Made by a program: the position numbers and the translations under genes. A stretch of 64,000 nt of DNA from positions 23,128,001-23,192,000 of the forward strand of contig NC_058383.1 of assembly GCF_018350175.1 (NCBI RefSeq), written 5' to 3'. Every line of letters begins with the position of its first letter. The first letter of the stretch is position 1. This DNA comes from Felis catus. Its lineage: Eukaryota. The notes beneath the pieces were generated by a model. The model was not told where the DNA came from. It saw only the letters and a program-made list of their open reading frames with translations, and did no database searches. Below, piece after piece: positions 26,033 through 37,929 of the stretch.

Positions 26033-26249
26033 GGTCTTTATTTTTGGTGGGTGGAGTGGGAAGGGGAGTAGTCTGCATATTTATTCAGTTTCTGTGGGAT
26101 GTGTACAAATGTGGACTTAAGAAAACTTCTTGGATTTGTATGTTTTCTGAGTCTCAGGATTAATTTCTTTATCAATTTTAGAAAGTCATTATTTCTTCAA
26201 GGATTGCTTTTCTTCATTCTTTTCATTCCCGTTTGTCCCTTCTTTGGAG

Positions 26250-27033
26250 GGGAATTCTTAGGATCGTGTGCCTTCTCTCCATCCCAAAGTTGGGCCAGGG
26301 GCTGAGAGCCTTCTGTTTATTTTGTCTAGGGCAGCACCTTGAAGTGTGCAAGCTTGTGCGCCTTCTCCAGATCTGCAGAATCAAACCTGCTGCTGATATC
26401 AATGTATCGTCTGCAGAAAGTTGCACATGCCATCTGTGGGAGCATGTGCATACCGTTTATAGAGGCTTGTGTGCACTATCTTAGGGGTACACATGGAGTG
26501 CTGGGGAATGCATTGGTCACTTGGGGGAGCTGCAGGTGAGAAGTTCCATGAGATTTGTGGGCAGGCCTCTTGGTGGAGTCTGAGAGCTAGTTAGTAGGAT
26601 CTGTGGCTGAGTTTTTGAGATCTGTAGGTTGTTGTGAGCCTGTTCCTTTTCCCTGACTTTTCAGCTATACTAATCCCTTCAGCATTCTGGGTGGCATGAA
26701 GCAGAAGTGGGCCTCTTGGGCAACATCTTTCTAGGCTAGGAAAGCCAGGCACTCACTCAGTCTCACTTTCCTGTATGGGAGAAATTATGGGCCAGGAACC
26801 TCTCTTGGTACTGAGCTATGCCACCTAGTGGAGGAGTGACAGAGATTAAGTGAAACTTTTTCTATTCTCTTCAATGCATTTGTTTTTGGAGTTTGAATAG
26901 GGTGCTGGAATTTCTCCACTGGACTCCCAGGTTCCCACAGAGGTATTCTTGTCCACGGATGGTTGTCAGAATTGATGTTTCTGTCAGAGTAAGGGCTGGA
27001 GTATACTATTCTGCTATTTTGCTTATATCACTT
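26250..27033 (-). mobile_element. L1M3/L1M4-like 5'UTR segment
   Basis: Ends tattctgctattttgcttatatcactt, a degenerate reverse complement of the L1M start gtgacgtcagcaagatggcggaata. Confidence 0.5.
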
Positions 27034-28270
27034 TGCAACTCTCTTCCCTTCTTTTGGAAATATGATTGAATATATGTTCCAGAATCAGTGTCTCTTAACC
27101 ACTTATAAATTTATACCTCTATCTCTGTGTACAGTATTCTAGGTAGTTTTTTCAGGTTTATTTTCTGGGTCATTGTTTTTTCTTTATCTGTTTCTAATCT
27201 GCTGATTTACCTGTTCGTTGAATTTTCCATTTAAATTATTATGTTTTTATATTTAAACATGATGTTTGGTTATTTTTCCCTCTCACCTCTGCTCTTTTGG
27301 GATAGTATTTTCTTTCTTTCTCCTTTAAAAAGCATTATTTAAATATTCTGAATCTGACAATTCTGTGCTATGAAGTTCTTGGGGGTCTAATTCTGCTCTT
27401 TGTTGTTTCTGTTTATTTTCATTTGTGGTGGCTTGTTTATTTGTGTGTTTTTAGTTTTGGTTAGTGAACTAATGTTTAATGGGGCATTTTCTGTGGCTTC
27501 CAGGGAGGCTTGGGTTGAGGATAGGTACCTCTAGAGAGATTATGCATTTTCTTCTGGGAAGTCTGAAGTAATACCAACGTGGAATGACGCTACTAATATT
27601 TTGCCTTGGGGTTTTCCAAACCTTTCAGGGAGTGCAATTTAAATTCCAAATGCATGTGAGAATAATTCTGTGATTATGAATTCTCAGGGAAATATTCTTT
27701 CCCTATCAGATCTCAGATTGAGTCCAACAGTCTTCCTTAGTCTTATCTCTTTGCCAGTGTGTGAATTATTTTCTAGTCAAACTTTTCACCAGGGCATGGC
27801 CCTTTGAGGATCTTGGCCTTATTTTTCCACCATGGGTAGGTCTAGGACTTTGGTCCTTTGTCCCCATATAACTTAAAATATGTAAAACTGTAAAAAACCT
27901 CTTGGTCACTGCGATTGGCAGTTGTCCCCAAGCCTCAATGTCAATTTGCCACTCTGATTTTCAGCCCTCACTTCATATTTGGCATCTTGGGAATTTCTTT
28001 TATTTGCATCTAATTCATGTATTCATTTAGAAGGATTTCTACATGTTTTATGTCAGAGATTTTTGTCAAGATGCCTGGTCCATTAGATTATTAGAAATGC
28101 AAACCCTATGTTGTTTTATTTCACTTTTTCCTTAACAATATATAATGAACATACTTGGTGACAATAAATATTCATTTAAAATGTAATTTTTATGAATAAA
28201 AATATTTAGAAATTTGCATATTTCTTTGTACATTACTGTAAGAGGTTTTTATATCATTAAAAATATTCTT

Positions 28271-28488
28271 GGGGCGCCTGGGTGGCGCAGTCGGTTAAGC
28301 ATCCGACTTCAGCCAGGTCACGATCTCGCGGTCTGTGAGTTCGAGCCCCGCGTCAGGCTCTGGGCTGATGGCTCAGAGCCTGGAGCCTGTTTCCGATTCT
28401 GTGTCTCCCTCTCTCTCTGCCCCTCCCCCGTTCATGCTCTGTCTCTCTCTGTCCCAAAAATAAATAAACGTTGAAAAAAAATTTTTTT
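28271..28488 (+). mobile_element. Young felid SINE (SINEC_Fc-type)
   Basis: CpG-rich ggggcgcctgggtggcgcagtcggttaagc...; perfect TSD aaaaatattctt on both sides. Confidence 0.95.
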
Positions 28489-28774
28489 TAAAAATATTCT
28501 TTACATAGACAAATGTAAACATATGGGTTATTTCTCCATTTTGAAAGTTAGCATTTTTTTTAGTATAGCAAACAGGCAATTACATCCTTGTTGTTCCTGC
28601 ATCTTAATGATAACTTAAGATACTCTCTTGAACTTTTGTCCCAGATGTGGGTCTTTTGTTTCTTCCTTGTACAGACGTTTTTTTCCTCTCCTTGGCTAAC
28701 TGTCTCAGACATCATTATCATTGTACATGCTTACCAATGCTATTTTTCAAGGCAAAAATAAAAAAAAATCCAGA

Positions 28775-28775
<1 letters not shown>

Positions 28776-28839
<64 letters not shown>

Positions 28840-28923
28840 AGATAGAGACAGAAAGAGATACGCACACAGAGACAGAGAGAAACAGAGACACAGAGACAGA
28901 AATAGAGGCAGAGAGAGAGAGAC
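28776..28923. repeat. Compound (TG)n(AG)n microsatellite with a degenerate AG-rich extension
   Basis: TG run 28776-28805, AG run to ~28832, then gagaca-type repeats. Confidence 0.95.
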
Positions 28924-29339
28924 TGAAAATACTTGCAGGTATATGTACTTATTTACATGTTGTACAGATGTCTTTATGAGAAAAGATAAGAATATACCCT
29001 CATATGAGTGCAGTTTTCCCCTTGCTGAGCTCCTGGAATCGCCACAGTAGCTTAACTGAGTCTGTGGCTATGACTGTTTGTGCATTTCTTAGGGCTGGCA
29101 TGGGCTATCTATTGATTCCAGGGTTGCTAATGACTGTGTGGAATAGAAGAAGCTTTTGTGGCCAGACTGGATCCAGACTGGGAATTGCAAAACTAACCAT
29201 TCTTGAGACATTACTTGCTGAGGTAGTCAAAGTGGGTTTTATTTTTGATAAACTTTCTGTCTCCAGTCTCCCTGTGGCTATAGGTGAGGTATAGCTGGGA
29301 GCAGTCTGGGAAGGGATGGGTTCCCCTGAGAGCTTGGAC

Positions 29340-29570
29340 ATTCATTCATTCATTCATTCATTCATTCATATTTAAATGTTTATTTATTTTGAAAGAGAGA
29401 GGGCGTGTGTGGGGCAGGGCAGAGAGAGAGGGAGAAAGAGAGAATCCCAAGCAGACTCTGAGCTGTCAGTGCAGAGCCTGATGTAGGGCTCGATCCCATG
29501 CACCATGAGATCATGACCTGAGCTGAAATCAAGAGCCAGATGCTTAACTAATTGAGCCAACCAGGTTTCC
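29340..29570 (-). mobile_element. Can-SINE with a (ttca)n tail
   Basis: gagaatcccaagcag...gagatcatgacctgagctgaaatcaagag. Confidence 0.9.
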
Positions 29571-30339
29571 TGAAAGTCTGGATATTTAATAAGACAAGAA
29601 TTTCTTCCTGGTGCAGTGGAGAAGTTGGGGGGGGGGTTGTCCTTGGAAAATTATTTGGACCCAACACCAATATGAAGTGCAACCTTCTCTCAGTGTCACC
29701 CACACAGTGGTCCCTTCAGGAATATCTATATTGGGCAGGCATGATTTCTAGAGTCCTGTTTACGCAAGGTTATACAAAAAGTGCTTACAAAAAAGAACCA
29801 TACACAAAGCCTTAAGTCAGCAGATGTTTCACACACCCTGAAAATTCCCTGATGTCCAAAGCTCAGTTTTTAGAATGTCTTTCACCTCAGTTGGGATGAC
29901 TAAAGTCTCTAGTTCTGGCTCCTCCCAGGCATCTGATGAGGCTTCTCAGGAATTCAGCTGTATTTACAAATTCTTCCTTTGTTGTTGTTATTGTCGTTAT
30001 TGTTGTTGTTGTCGTTCTTAGTTGGGGGCATCTCTGGAATATCCTTAACTGGGTAGTCAGCTCCATGAATTATTCTAAAATTGATTGGCTAGTCATAACT
30101 CCATAGTTTGAACAAGGGAAAGTTGGGTAAAGGGAACTTTCTACCCCATCCATCCATCCATCCATCCAAATGTCCACTTAATGTCAGGCACTGTGCTGGA
30201 CACCGAGGCACAGAACTAAAAAGATAGCCCTGATTCCCAACAGCAGAGAGCCTACACTCTATCAGGTGAGACAGATAGGACACAAGTGATTATGGAATTA
30301 ATTGAGCCAGTAGTTGGTGTTGCACATGAGATATGTTGA

Positions 30340-31025
30340 CTCCTTTCTAAGGCTTATTGCCAGAGTCATTTTTCACATACCCACCACTTATAATCTTCTC
30401 CACTGCAACTCTCCTGTCCAAGCCACCATTATCTCTTGCTTCCTAAATGGATGCCTTTCTTCTACTCTTGTCCCTTGTCATTCTTGTCCCCTTCAGTCCA
30501 CTCTCCATACAGTAGCCAGACTGACCCCTAGTAAGAACAATTTAGATCTTGTCACTCCTCTGCTCAGAACTCTCCAATGACTCCTCACCCCCTGGCCTAC
30601 CTGGAACCTCTTTGACCTCATCTCTGAGTCTTCTCCTGTCACTCATGTGCCCCAGCCATACTTGTCTTCTTGTATCTCCATGCCATAGTCCCATGTCAGG
30701 GCTTTGCACTTGCCCTTCCCTCCACCTGGGATGTTCCTCTCCCAGATATCCACACAGTTCAGTCCCTCCCCACTTCAGGTCTTTGTCCCTATGTCAGCTT
30801 CTCACCACCTTCTCATTTCCTTGATTTGTTTTTCCATAGCACTTCTCACTAACACACCATGTGTTTCACTTTTTTATCTTATTTGTGTCCATCTCACTGT
30901 TTTGGAATTCAGGTCCAGGAGAGCATGCATGTTTATTTTGTCCCCAGCTGTATCTCCAGCACTGAGAACAGTGCCAGGCATCTAGTAAATGCCCACTAAA
31001 TATTTGTTGAAAGAAAAAAAAGAAT
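30340..31025 (+). mobile_element. L2a 3' end
   Basis: ccaagccaccattatctcttg; tcagggctttgcacttgc; aacagtgccaggcatctagtaaatgcccactaaatatttgttgaa. Confidence 0.75.
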
Positions 31026-31923
31026 GAGCCTTCGGTCTCTGTCCCCTTGGATGATTTCCTCTCTCATCTGCCTGTCATAGTAAAGAATCTGAGAGAAAGA
31101 GAAAGTGTAGACAGAGGCCTCAGTCACCTGGCATGGCCTTTCCACTTCTGGGATGGTGGAAAACATAAGACATCCTTAAACTCAACTAATCCCTCCTTGA
31201 GGGAGGAATACCTTGCTTCTTGATCCTGTCTGCCACTTGGGGAGGAGTGAGAAGCTAGGTGAAGAAAGTGGGAGCAAAAAGGAACCTCAAGCTACATTTT
31301 TGGAGGCTGATACAGGGCACTTTTGTAGACCGATTAGTGGCTCCATTTGACAGTAGTGAGTAGTTGATGCCTCCTTGCTGTGGTTTGGGGTTCTTCTGGG
31401 CAGGGCAGGGCCAGTTTCCAGGTCTCTTATGGAAGGGAAAGGGGCCACCCCTCTAGCTGTCCACACTTCCAGGCAGAGAAGAGTAGCTCTTATCCACAGC
31501 TGGAGGAGGACCAGCTGGCTTGAGCCATGATGATGGTACACAGCCAAATTAGGGTCCAAACATGCACAGCATTCAACAACTGAGTAGTTGAGACCAGAAA
31601 CTGGACACACTATCCAAGCCAGTGGTTAATAAGTACACCAACTAGCCATGAACCAAACCAGGGGCCAAGCAAGTCCAGAGTCCTGCTGGCTAATGTCAAG
31701 AGGAGACTCTCAACCTCCAAACAAGCTGAAAAGCCAGAGTTGTCATGGCCAGTGCAGTGTAATGGTGAAGAGTGGTCCAGGAGTGGGCCTGGGAACATTC
31801 CTAAGCACACTGAGTGGTCAGCCACCTCTTTCTGAATTCACTTTCCACTGTCAAGCCAGATCTTTTCATACACCTACGAGGGCCATTTTTTGGCCATTAT
31901 TTTTCTCGTATGCCCTGTAGAGC

Positions 31924-31956
31924 CTGCAGTTACCCTCTTACACCACTAGGTGGTGA
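31924..31956 (+). promoter_or_regulatory. Candidate CTCF site (core plus upstream motif)
   Basis: CTGCAGT at 31924-31930, 12-nt spacer, core CCACTAGGTGGTG from 31943. Confidence 0.55.
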
Positions 31957-31989
31957 CCCTGCTTTGAGGAGTCAAAACGTGAGATTATT

Positions 31990-32430
31990 GGGATCCAGGC
32001 ACTGCGGTAGGCAAGCTCCTTACATGCATTATCTCATTTAAGCTTCCCACAACTCTGGAGAGTAAGTGCTATTATTATCCCTATTTTACAGATGAAAAAC
32101 ACTGGAGCTTATCAAGTTTTGAGAGTTTTGCCCTAAAACCACTCAACCAATAGGTGACTCTCTTATCACACTGCTTTCTGAATAAGTTTGGAACTGGCAG
32201 AAACTAAAATGACCATTTTCAAAAATACATAGAAAAAAAACCACATTAATACTGTTTAGTACTCATATGGAGCCCCTCCTATGTCTCAGGTACCAGAATA
32301 ATGTTTTACAAACATGATTTAATGTAACCCTCAAATAACCCTGTAGATCAGACCCTGTCATTACCCTCATTGTGTAGATGAGTTTGTTGAGGCTCAAAGC
32401 GTTGAATAAATTGCTGTAGGTGCATCTGAG
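31990..32430 (-). mobile_element. Two MIR fragments
   Basis: attattatccctattttacagatgaaaaac; ttaccctcattgtgtagatgag...gaggctca. Confidence 0.7.
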
Positions 32431-32689
32431 TGGGTGACAGCCCCAAGGCCAAAAGCAGAAATCTCTGATTGTTCAAGGTACTCTCAGTTCTGAGTGGGTA
32501 CTGGGGGTATCTAGACCATTATCCTCTAGTGCAGAAGTTGGGTCTCAGAAAGGCAGGGCCTCCACCTACAAGCAGCACACAGTCAGATGTTTGACCCAAG
32601 TCCCAGCACTGGCTGTGATTCAGGGACTTTGAGCTTCCACTAAGGTAATGTGGGGGGCTTGGTCTTCTCATTTACAAAATGTATAAAGC

Positions 32690-33260
32690 TTCTAAACTCA
32701 GATGCTTGCAGGACCAGGCAGGTAACAAAAATGAGTGACATGGATCAGGCGGGGACTATGGGAAACTGGTGAATGCGTAACTCATTTTAAGGGGTAATTC
32801 CAGCCAATTGTTGCCATGAAGGAATGTGGGTTTTTTTGCTAGGTCCCCTAATTTTCCAGGGGATTCCAGAAATCTAGGGTTTTATGTAAAATCTCCTTTT
32901 TAAAAATGCTGGCAGTTTAAAAAAATTTTTTTTTATTACATTTATTCATTTTTGAGAGACAAAGAGAGACAGAGCACAAGTTGGGGACGGGCAGATAGAG
33001 AGGGAGACACAGAATCTGAAGCAGGCTCCAGACTCCGAGCTGTCAGCACAGAGCCCGATGTGGGGCTTGAACTCATAAACCGTGAGATTATGACCTGAGC
33101 TGAAGTCAGACGCTTAACCGACTGAGCCACCCAGGCGCCACAAAAAATGCTGACAGTTTTAAAAAGCTTTTTAAAAACTCCGTGTAAAGAAAAAAATTCC
33201 GTATAGATGAAAACACACACATGTGTAATGAGCTGGATTTGCCTGTCAGATCCTCTTACT
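32690..33260 (-). mobile_element. hAT-Charlie MER102-like, split by a SINE
   Basis: ccagccaattgttgccatgaaggaatgtggg; ccagaaatctagggttttatgtaaaatctcc. Confidence 0.7.
32919..33141 (-). mobile_element. Can-SINE (felid)
   Basis: Full-length SINE; TSD aaaaatgctg(g/a)cagttt. Confidence 0.92.
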
Positions 33261-33414
33261 GTGCTCAAAGATGCCTACAGTTCTTTCCAGTTCTGAGGTT
33301 CTCTTGTTCCTTGAGTTTTAAGAGCCATGGTGCCAGACAGGTGGAATTGAGGAAGGTAAAAAAATTAGGAGGAAAAGAGAACTGGAAAGGAAGCTTCCAT
33401 GGGACTCTTCCCTC

Positions 33415-33950
33415 ACAGTGCTTCTCCTACTTTGGTCAGTTTCAGAATCACCCAGACACTTGGTTATTCTTCCCAAGGCCAGGACTCTGCTCCCTCAACC
33501 AGCCTGCACCTCTGTGCACCCAGTGAGCTCTCCAGATGATTCGGACACACACCAAAGATTGAGAAGCATTGTCCTAGGTCAGTGGTTCTTAGCGCAGGCT
33601 GCATGTGAGAATTACCCAGAGAGCTTTTAAGACCACTGATGTGCAAGCCCTACCCAGGGCCAATTAAATTAGATGTTCTGACTGTGGAAGGCAGGCCTTG
33701 GTATTTTAAACAGCCCCCAGAGGATTCTAATGTGCACCCGGAGCTGAGACCCGCTGACCTGGATCAATGTTCCTGGTCAGTGCTCTTCACACTTCAGTGT
33801 GCTGGAGGGTCACCTCTAGGATCTTGTTTAAAATGCAGGTTCCACGTCGGTAGGTCTGGGGTAGAGACTGAGATTCTGCATATCACACAAGCTTCCAGGT
33901 GCCACTGCTGGTGCTGCGGCTCTTGCTCTGGGGTCTCTGAGTAGCAAGGG
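33415..33950. mobile_element. Cluster of MER5-family hAT MITEs
   Basis: Elements end ttgagaagcattg (33571), span cagtggttc...gagacccgctg (33580-33756) and cagtgctc...gagtagcaagg (33778-33949). Confidence 0.7.
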
Positions 33951-34016
33951 TCTGTGGTGGTTTTCCAAACTCCCCTGATAAGAAGAATCACCTGTCTTTA
34001 TTAAGTATGTAAATTC

Positions 34017-34444
34017 TGTGGAAATAAATGAAGACCACCTAAATAAGAATACACAAAAGCTATTTATTCTGAGGTTGCTCTAGAAGCTACCATTGCTTGA
34101 GTTGTGGCAGAGACTCAAAGACAGGCAGGGAGTGGGAATGCTCTGTAGTGGAAGAGAGGGAAGACTTTGGGTGTGCCCTGATTGTAGGCTACTGGCATGG
34201 GCAAGCTGGAGGTGGGCTAGCTAGAAGTGGGCATCCTATGTGATTGGTTAGGGGAGCACATTTGGCTTTCTCTGCTTGGCCCTAAGTTGGAAGCAGGGCC
34301 CAAAATTGGGGAAGCCTTCGATCAAGTCCTGGCCGTGTTGTGTTGATGGCTACAGGTTCATGGGCTGATTGCTGCAGATAATGGGTCAGAGTTCTATTTT
34401 TATACATGATCTGGCCAATGTCCATTTGTATATTCAGTCTTTCA
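34017..34444 (-). mobile_element. ERV1 solo LTR (MER31/MER67-like)
   Basis: TG...CA termini; gggtcagagttctatttttatacatgatctggccaatgtccatttgtatattcagtc; 4-bp TSD attc at 34013-34016 and 34445-34448. Confidence 0.75.
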
Positions 34445-35099
34445 ATTCTTGGGTCTTTTTTCTAGACTTTTTGATTCATAGGTTCTGGGTTTGGGCCCAA
34501 GAATCTCCAGGTGATTCTTATCATCAGGAAAGGGGTGGGGGGTGGACAGTGAGGGAAACCATGTGAATTAGTAATTGCCTAGGACACAAGTTAACAGTAG
34601 TTACCCAGACCCTTTCTCAGACTCAATGAGTCAGAATCTCTGGAAGTGTGGTGAGCAGTCTGCATGTTTCGTATATCAGTTATCTAGTCATGAGTAATGA
34701 AACACCTCAGAACTTAGTGGCTTAAAACAATAATGGTTTATTATTTCTCATGTTCTGTGGGTTGACTGGGACCTCCCCAGTTTAAAGAACTTGGAGCCCA
34801 AGGACAATTGTGGGAAGTCCCCCCAGGTCTACTATGTATCCCTTAGGAAGGAAACTTGGTTAAGTACTAGAGAGCCATCAACAAATTAGGTTGAGTGAAC
34901 CCCAAAACAGTATTTTGGGAAGTTTTAAATATCAAATTGTAGTGATTCCAATGGCTTCCAAGAGGGAGTTTCTTATAACGTGATGTAGTAACTAAAATTG
35001 TTTAATTTGCTGCAAAACCCTGCTCTGATGGAAATGATAGAAATATTTGAAATTTTTGAATGACAGAGGTTGTAAGAAGGTACATTTCAAACATGTTAT

Positions 35100-35330
35100 A
35101 ATAATGATAGCTAATATTTATTGAATACATATTATGTGCCAAATACCATTCTAAACACTTTACATATTTAGTCCTCATTTAATCTCCATGATAACCCTAT
35201 GAGTTAGATCCCATTTGATAGATGGGGGGAAAGGCCTGGAGCAGTTAATTAATTTGCCTGAAGTTATAAAGCTGGTAGGTGGAGGGGCCAGGATTTGAAC
35301 CCAAGTAGTCTGATTCTACACTGCATACAC
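35100..35330 (-). mobile_element. MIR
   Basis: tagctaatatttattgaatacatattatgtgcca...ccaggatttgaacccaagtagtctga. Confidence 0.8.
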
Positions 35331-35655
35331 TCAAATACATTGTATATTCTGCATACATTCAAGTAAAAGGAATTAACTCCTTCTGAAGCCTCCCTAACTA
35401 TATATTTCATGGGTTACAGGAAAGACACTGCTTTTTGGCCTGGCTGGATTAAACAAACAGTGGTTGTCAGGCCAGACAGGACTAGTTAGGGAGCTCAGTC
35501 TCCCAAAAGAAATTATCTCCTGTCACTGTCCAGTCCTCAGCCAGAAGGAGGTTGACCCTCTACCTCTCTTCCCTCTGCGCCTATAATTGTCCAAACACAC
35601 CTAGGGCCTGCTTGACAATCTCAAGCTTGTGAAAATAAAACCATAGGGGAAAACA

Positions 35656-35697
35656 GCCACGTCATCAGTTGCTATGCCAACCTATGCTGCAACCAAT
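35656..35697. promoter_or_regulatory. Compact CRE/XBP1-type, MYB/E-box, RFX X-box and CCAAT motif cluster
   Basis: GCCACGTCATC 35656-35666, CAGTTG 35666-35671, GTTGCTATGCCAAC 35668-35681, CCAAT 35693-35697. Confidence 0.45.
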
Positions 35698-36053
35698 GCT
35701 ATTTTCTGGGGGGTATTGAGGTAGAAAAGGTTCTGGAGGCTAAGGTGGGGGGGGGGGTGTTCAGAGTCTGCCTTGATGGGTTTTGTGTCTAGTCTGCCCA
35801 AAATATTCTTCAGTGGCTTAAACTGCCCTTAGGATAAGGTCTTCCTGCTTAACATGCTGACTTCTTCTCCCCATGGGCTTTCAACTTCATCTCTCTCCAT
35901 TTCCTCATCAGGTTCCCCCATTCCCATTATAATGAACAATTTTGTTCTCCATTTCCTTGCTCTGCACCACCTCCAAGTCTTTGCACATGTTGTTCTCTGC
36001 CTAGACCTCTGCTCATCCCCACCTTCTGATTTATTTATCTTCCAGCTTCAGCT

Positions 36054-36520
36054 TGTAACACTTTGTTTGGGTACATCAAGAGCTGTGAAGGGTCTGAGTC
36101 TTGCCTGCCTTGCAAGCTAAACTGTTAGCTTTGCTACTGCTTCATGGATGCTGGCAGAAGATGAGAGACACCTGGGTCAGAGAAAGAGGACAGTTTATTA
36201 CTCACAGCAATAGCAGGGTCCACAGTATCATCATTTTGCTTTGGTTTTCTGAGCCCTATTTCCCACAGGGTTATGTGACACCTGTGCATACAGTGGGCTG
36301 CATTATAGTAGAGGAACCTGAAATGTAGGGAACCCAAATCTTTTATACTGGGCAGTAAGCATGCTGACACATTGTTCCAGAGGGAGGTATTATCACTGTC
36401 TTCCAAGGCTGCTTACTATACAAATATCCTTGGAAAGCTAGCTTAGCACAAAGGCAATTAGGGCCTCTGCTTTCAAGGTGTATGGAAATGCAAGAGATCT
36501 ATGGAAAAATATCTCCCAGT
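36054..36520 (-). mobile_element. ERVL LTR MER54/MER74-like, inside an L2
   Basis: Reverse complement reads gggagatatttttccatagatctcttgcatttc...caaggatatttgtatagtaagcagccttggaagac. Confidence 0.7.
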
Positions 36521-37208
36521 CCCTCAGGCTTCCATTTTCCCTGGTCCTCTCAGTTAACTTCTCAACTGTCCTTCATTTGGAGGGCACCTTCTTTCCTTCC
36601 CCACTCTCATAGTCTACACCAAATTCCTTTGTGGTAACTTCTCATAGCACTGGGATTTTGTCTTTCAGAGCCTTACCTCAGTCTGCAAATATATGATCAT
36701 TACCGAGATTATTTGATTAACACCTATTTTCCCATTATGCTTCATGCTTCATGAGGGGCAGGGCTGTCTATTTTCACAAATGTATCTGTGTTGTCCAACA
36801 CAATGCCTATCACACAGTGGGAACCAAATAAGTGTTTATTGAATGAATGGGACTGTTGAATTGAGCAAAATAAAATCACTAAGGCCCAGAGAGACGAGGT
36901 GGTCTAGCCAGGGTCGCACAGCTAGTTTCAGGTAACTGGACTCAAACTGCCTGATTCACAACCCACTTCCTTTTCCTTCTATGGACACGCTTAGTCAGAT
37001 TCCGTCTCCACATAATGGTGGGGTACCGATTGGGTGGGGCATTGGGAGAAGGTGGAGCATTGGGCATGCATGAGCAGTATCTGGATATGTTTGGTTATAA
37101 GATTCCTCCCACCTGCTCCTGCTCTGAGCTCCATTGAGGGCCAGAGTTGGAGTAAGACTATTAGAAGCCTAAGAGGCAGTTTAGTGAGAGGTTCAGAGCT
37201 GAGACTAT

Positions 37209-37704
37209 TGTGGAGATTGTAAAAACAGGCCCTAATTATTCCCCTCTCTATGTCCATGACCTTGGGTAGTCCCTTCCCATACTGACTCTGGGTTAGTCTT
37301 ATAACTTGTTTTAGCCAGTGGGACATTGGCAAACATGATACAAGTGGAAACTCAAAAAGCACTTGCATATTGGGACCTTTCCTCTCTCATTTACCTTGGG
37401 ATCCCTATGACCACCTCTGTGGGAATAGCCTTGGGGTAGCCTACTGGATGAAGAGAGATGCACAACCAAGTCATCCCCATCACCACCACAGACTTGGATC
37501 TAACCACCAGACATGCAGATGAGGCCATCTTGGACCATCTGGCCCTGGCCAAGCTGCTCTGCAGACCACTGAGATCAGCTGAGCTGGCCCACATCAGAAA
37601 TACCAGCCTGCCAACCCATATAGTTGTGAGAAATAATAAATGTATGCTGATTAAAGCCATTAAGCTGGGGATGGTTTGTTACATAGCCAAAGCTAGCCGA
37701 TACA
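37209..37704 (+). mobile_element. MaLR solo LTR MLT1G/H-like, inside a MIR
   Basis: tgtgg...gataca termini; 5-bp TSD actat at 37204-37208 and 37705-37709. Confidence 0.8.
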
Positions 37705-37835
37705 ACTATGGTGCACATTTGTTTAGGTTGAAATCCCAGCCTCACCATTTAATTGTCTAACCCAAGAAAAAGGTCCTTGACCTCTCTGTGCCTTAGTTCC
37801 CTCACCTGTAAGATAGAATAAAAATAGATCACATA

Positions 37836-37929
37836 GGGGCACTTGGCTGGCTCAGCTGGTGGAGCATGCAACTCTTGATTTCAGGGTCATGAGTTCAAGC
37901 CTCACATAGAGCTCACTTAAAGAAAAAAT
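37836..37929 (+). mobile_element. Short tRNA-like Can-SINE variant
   Basis: ggggcacttggctggctcagctggtggagcatgcaactcttgatttcagggtcatgagttcaagcc plus A tail; no (ct)n region. Confidence 0.8.

Larger units (their letters stand above)
25560..28090 (-). mobile_element. Ancient L1ME/HAL1-like ORF1 region, interrupted
   Basis: T-rich body with gatagtttagctaggtatataattctaagttgacag and tatctgtttctaatctgctg. Confidence 0.55.

Noticed and set aside
28647..29050. ORFs with VCVC/ERER tracts
   Set aside because: Translations of the (TG)n(AG)n microsatellite.
37836..37929. tRNA-like sequence with A and B boxes (also 45905-46013)
   Set aside because: Has an A tail and degenerate TSD and matches the Can-SINE head; not a tRNA gene.
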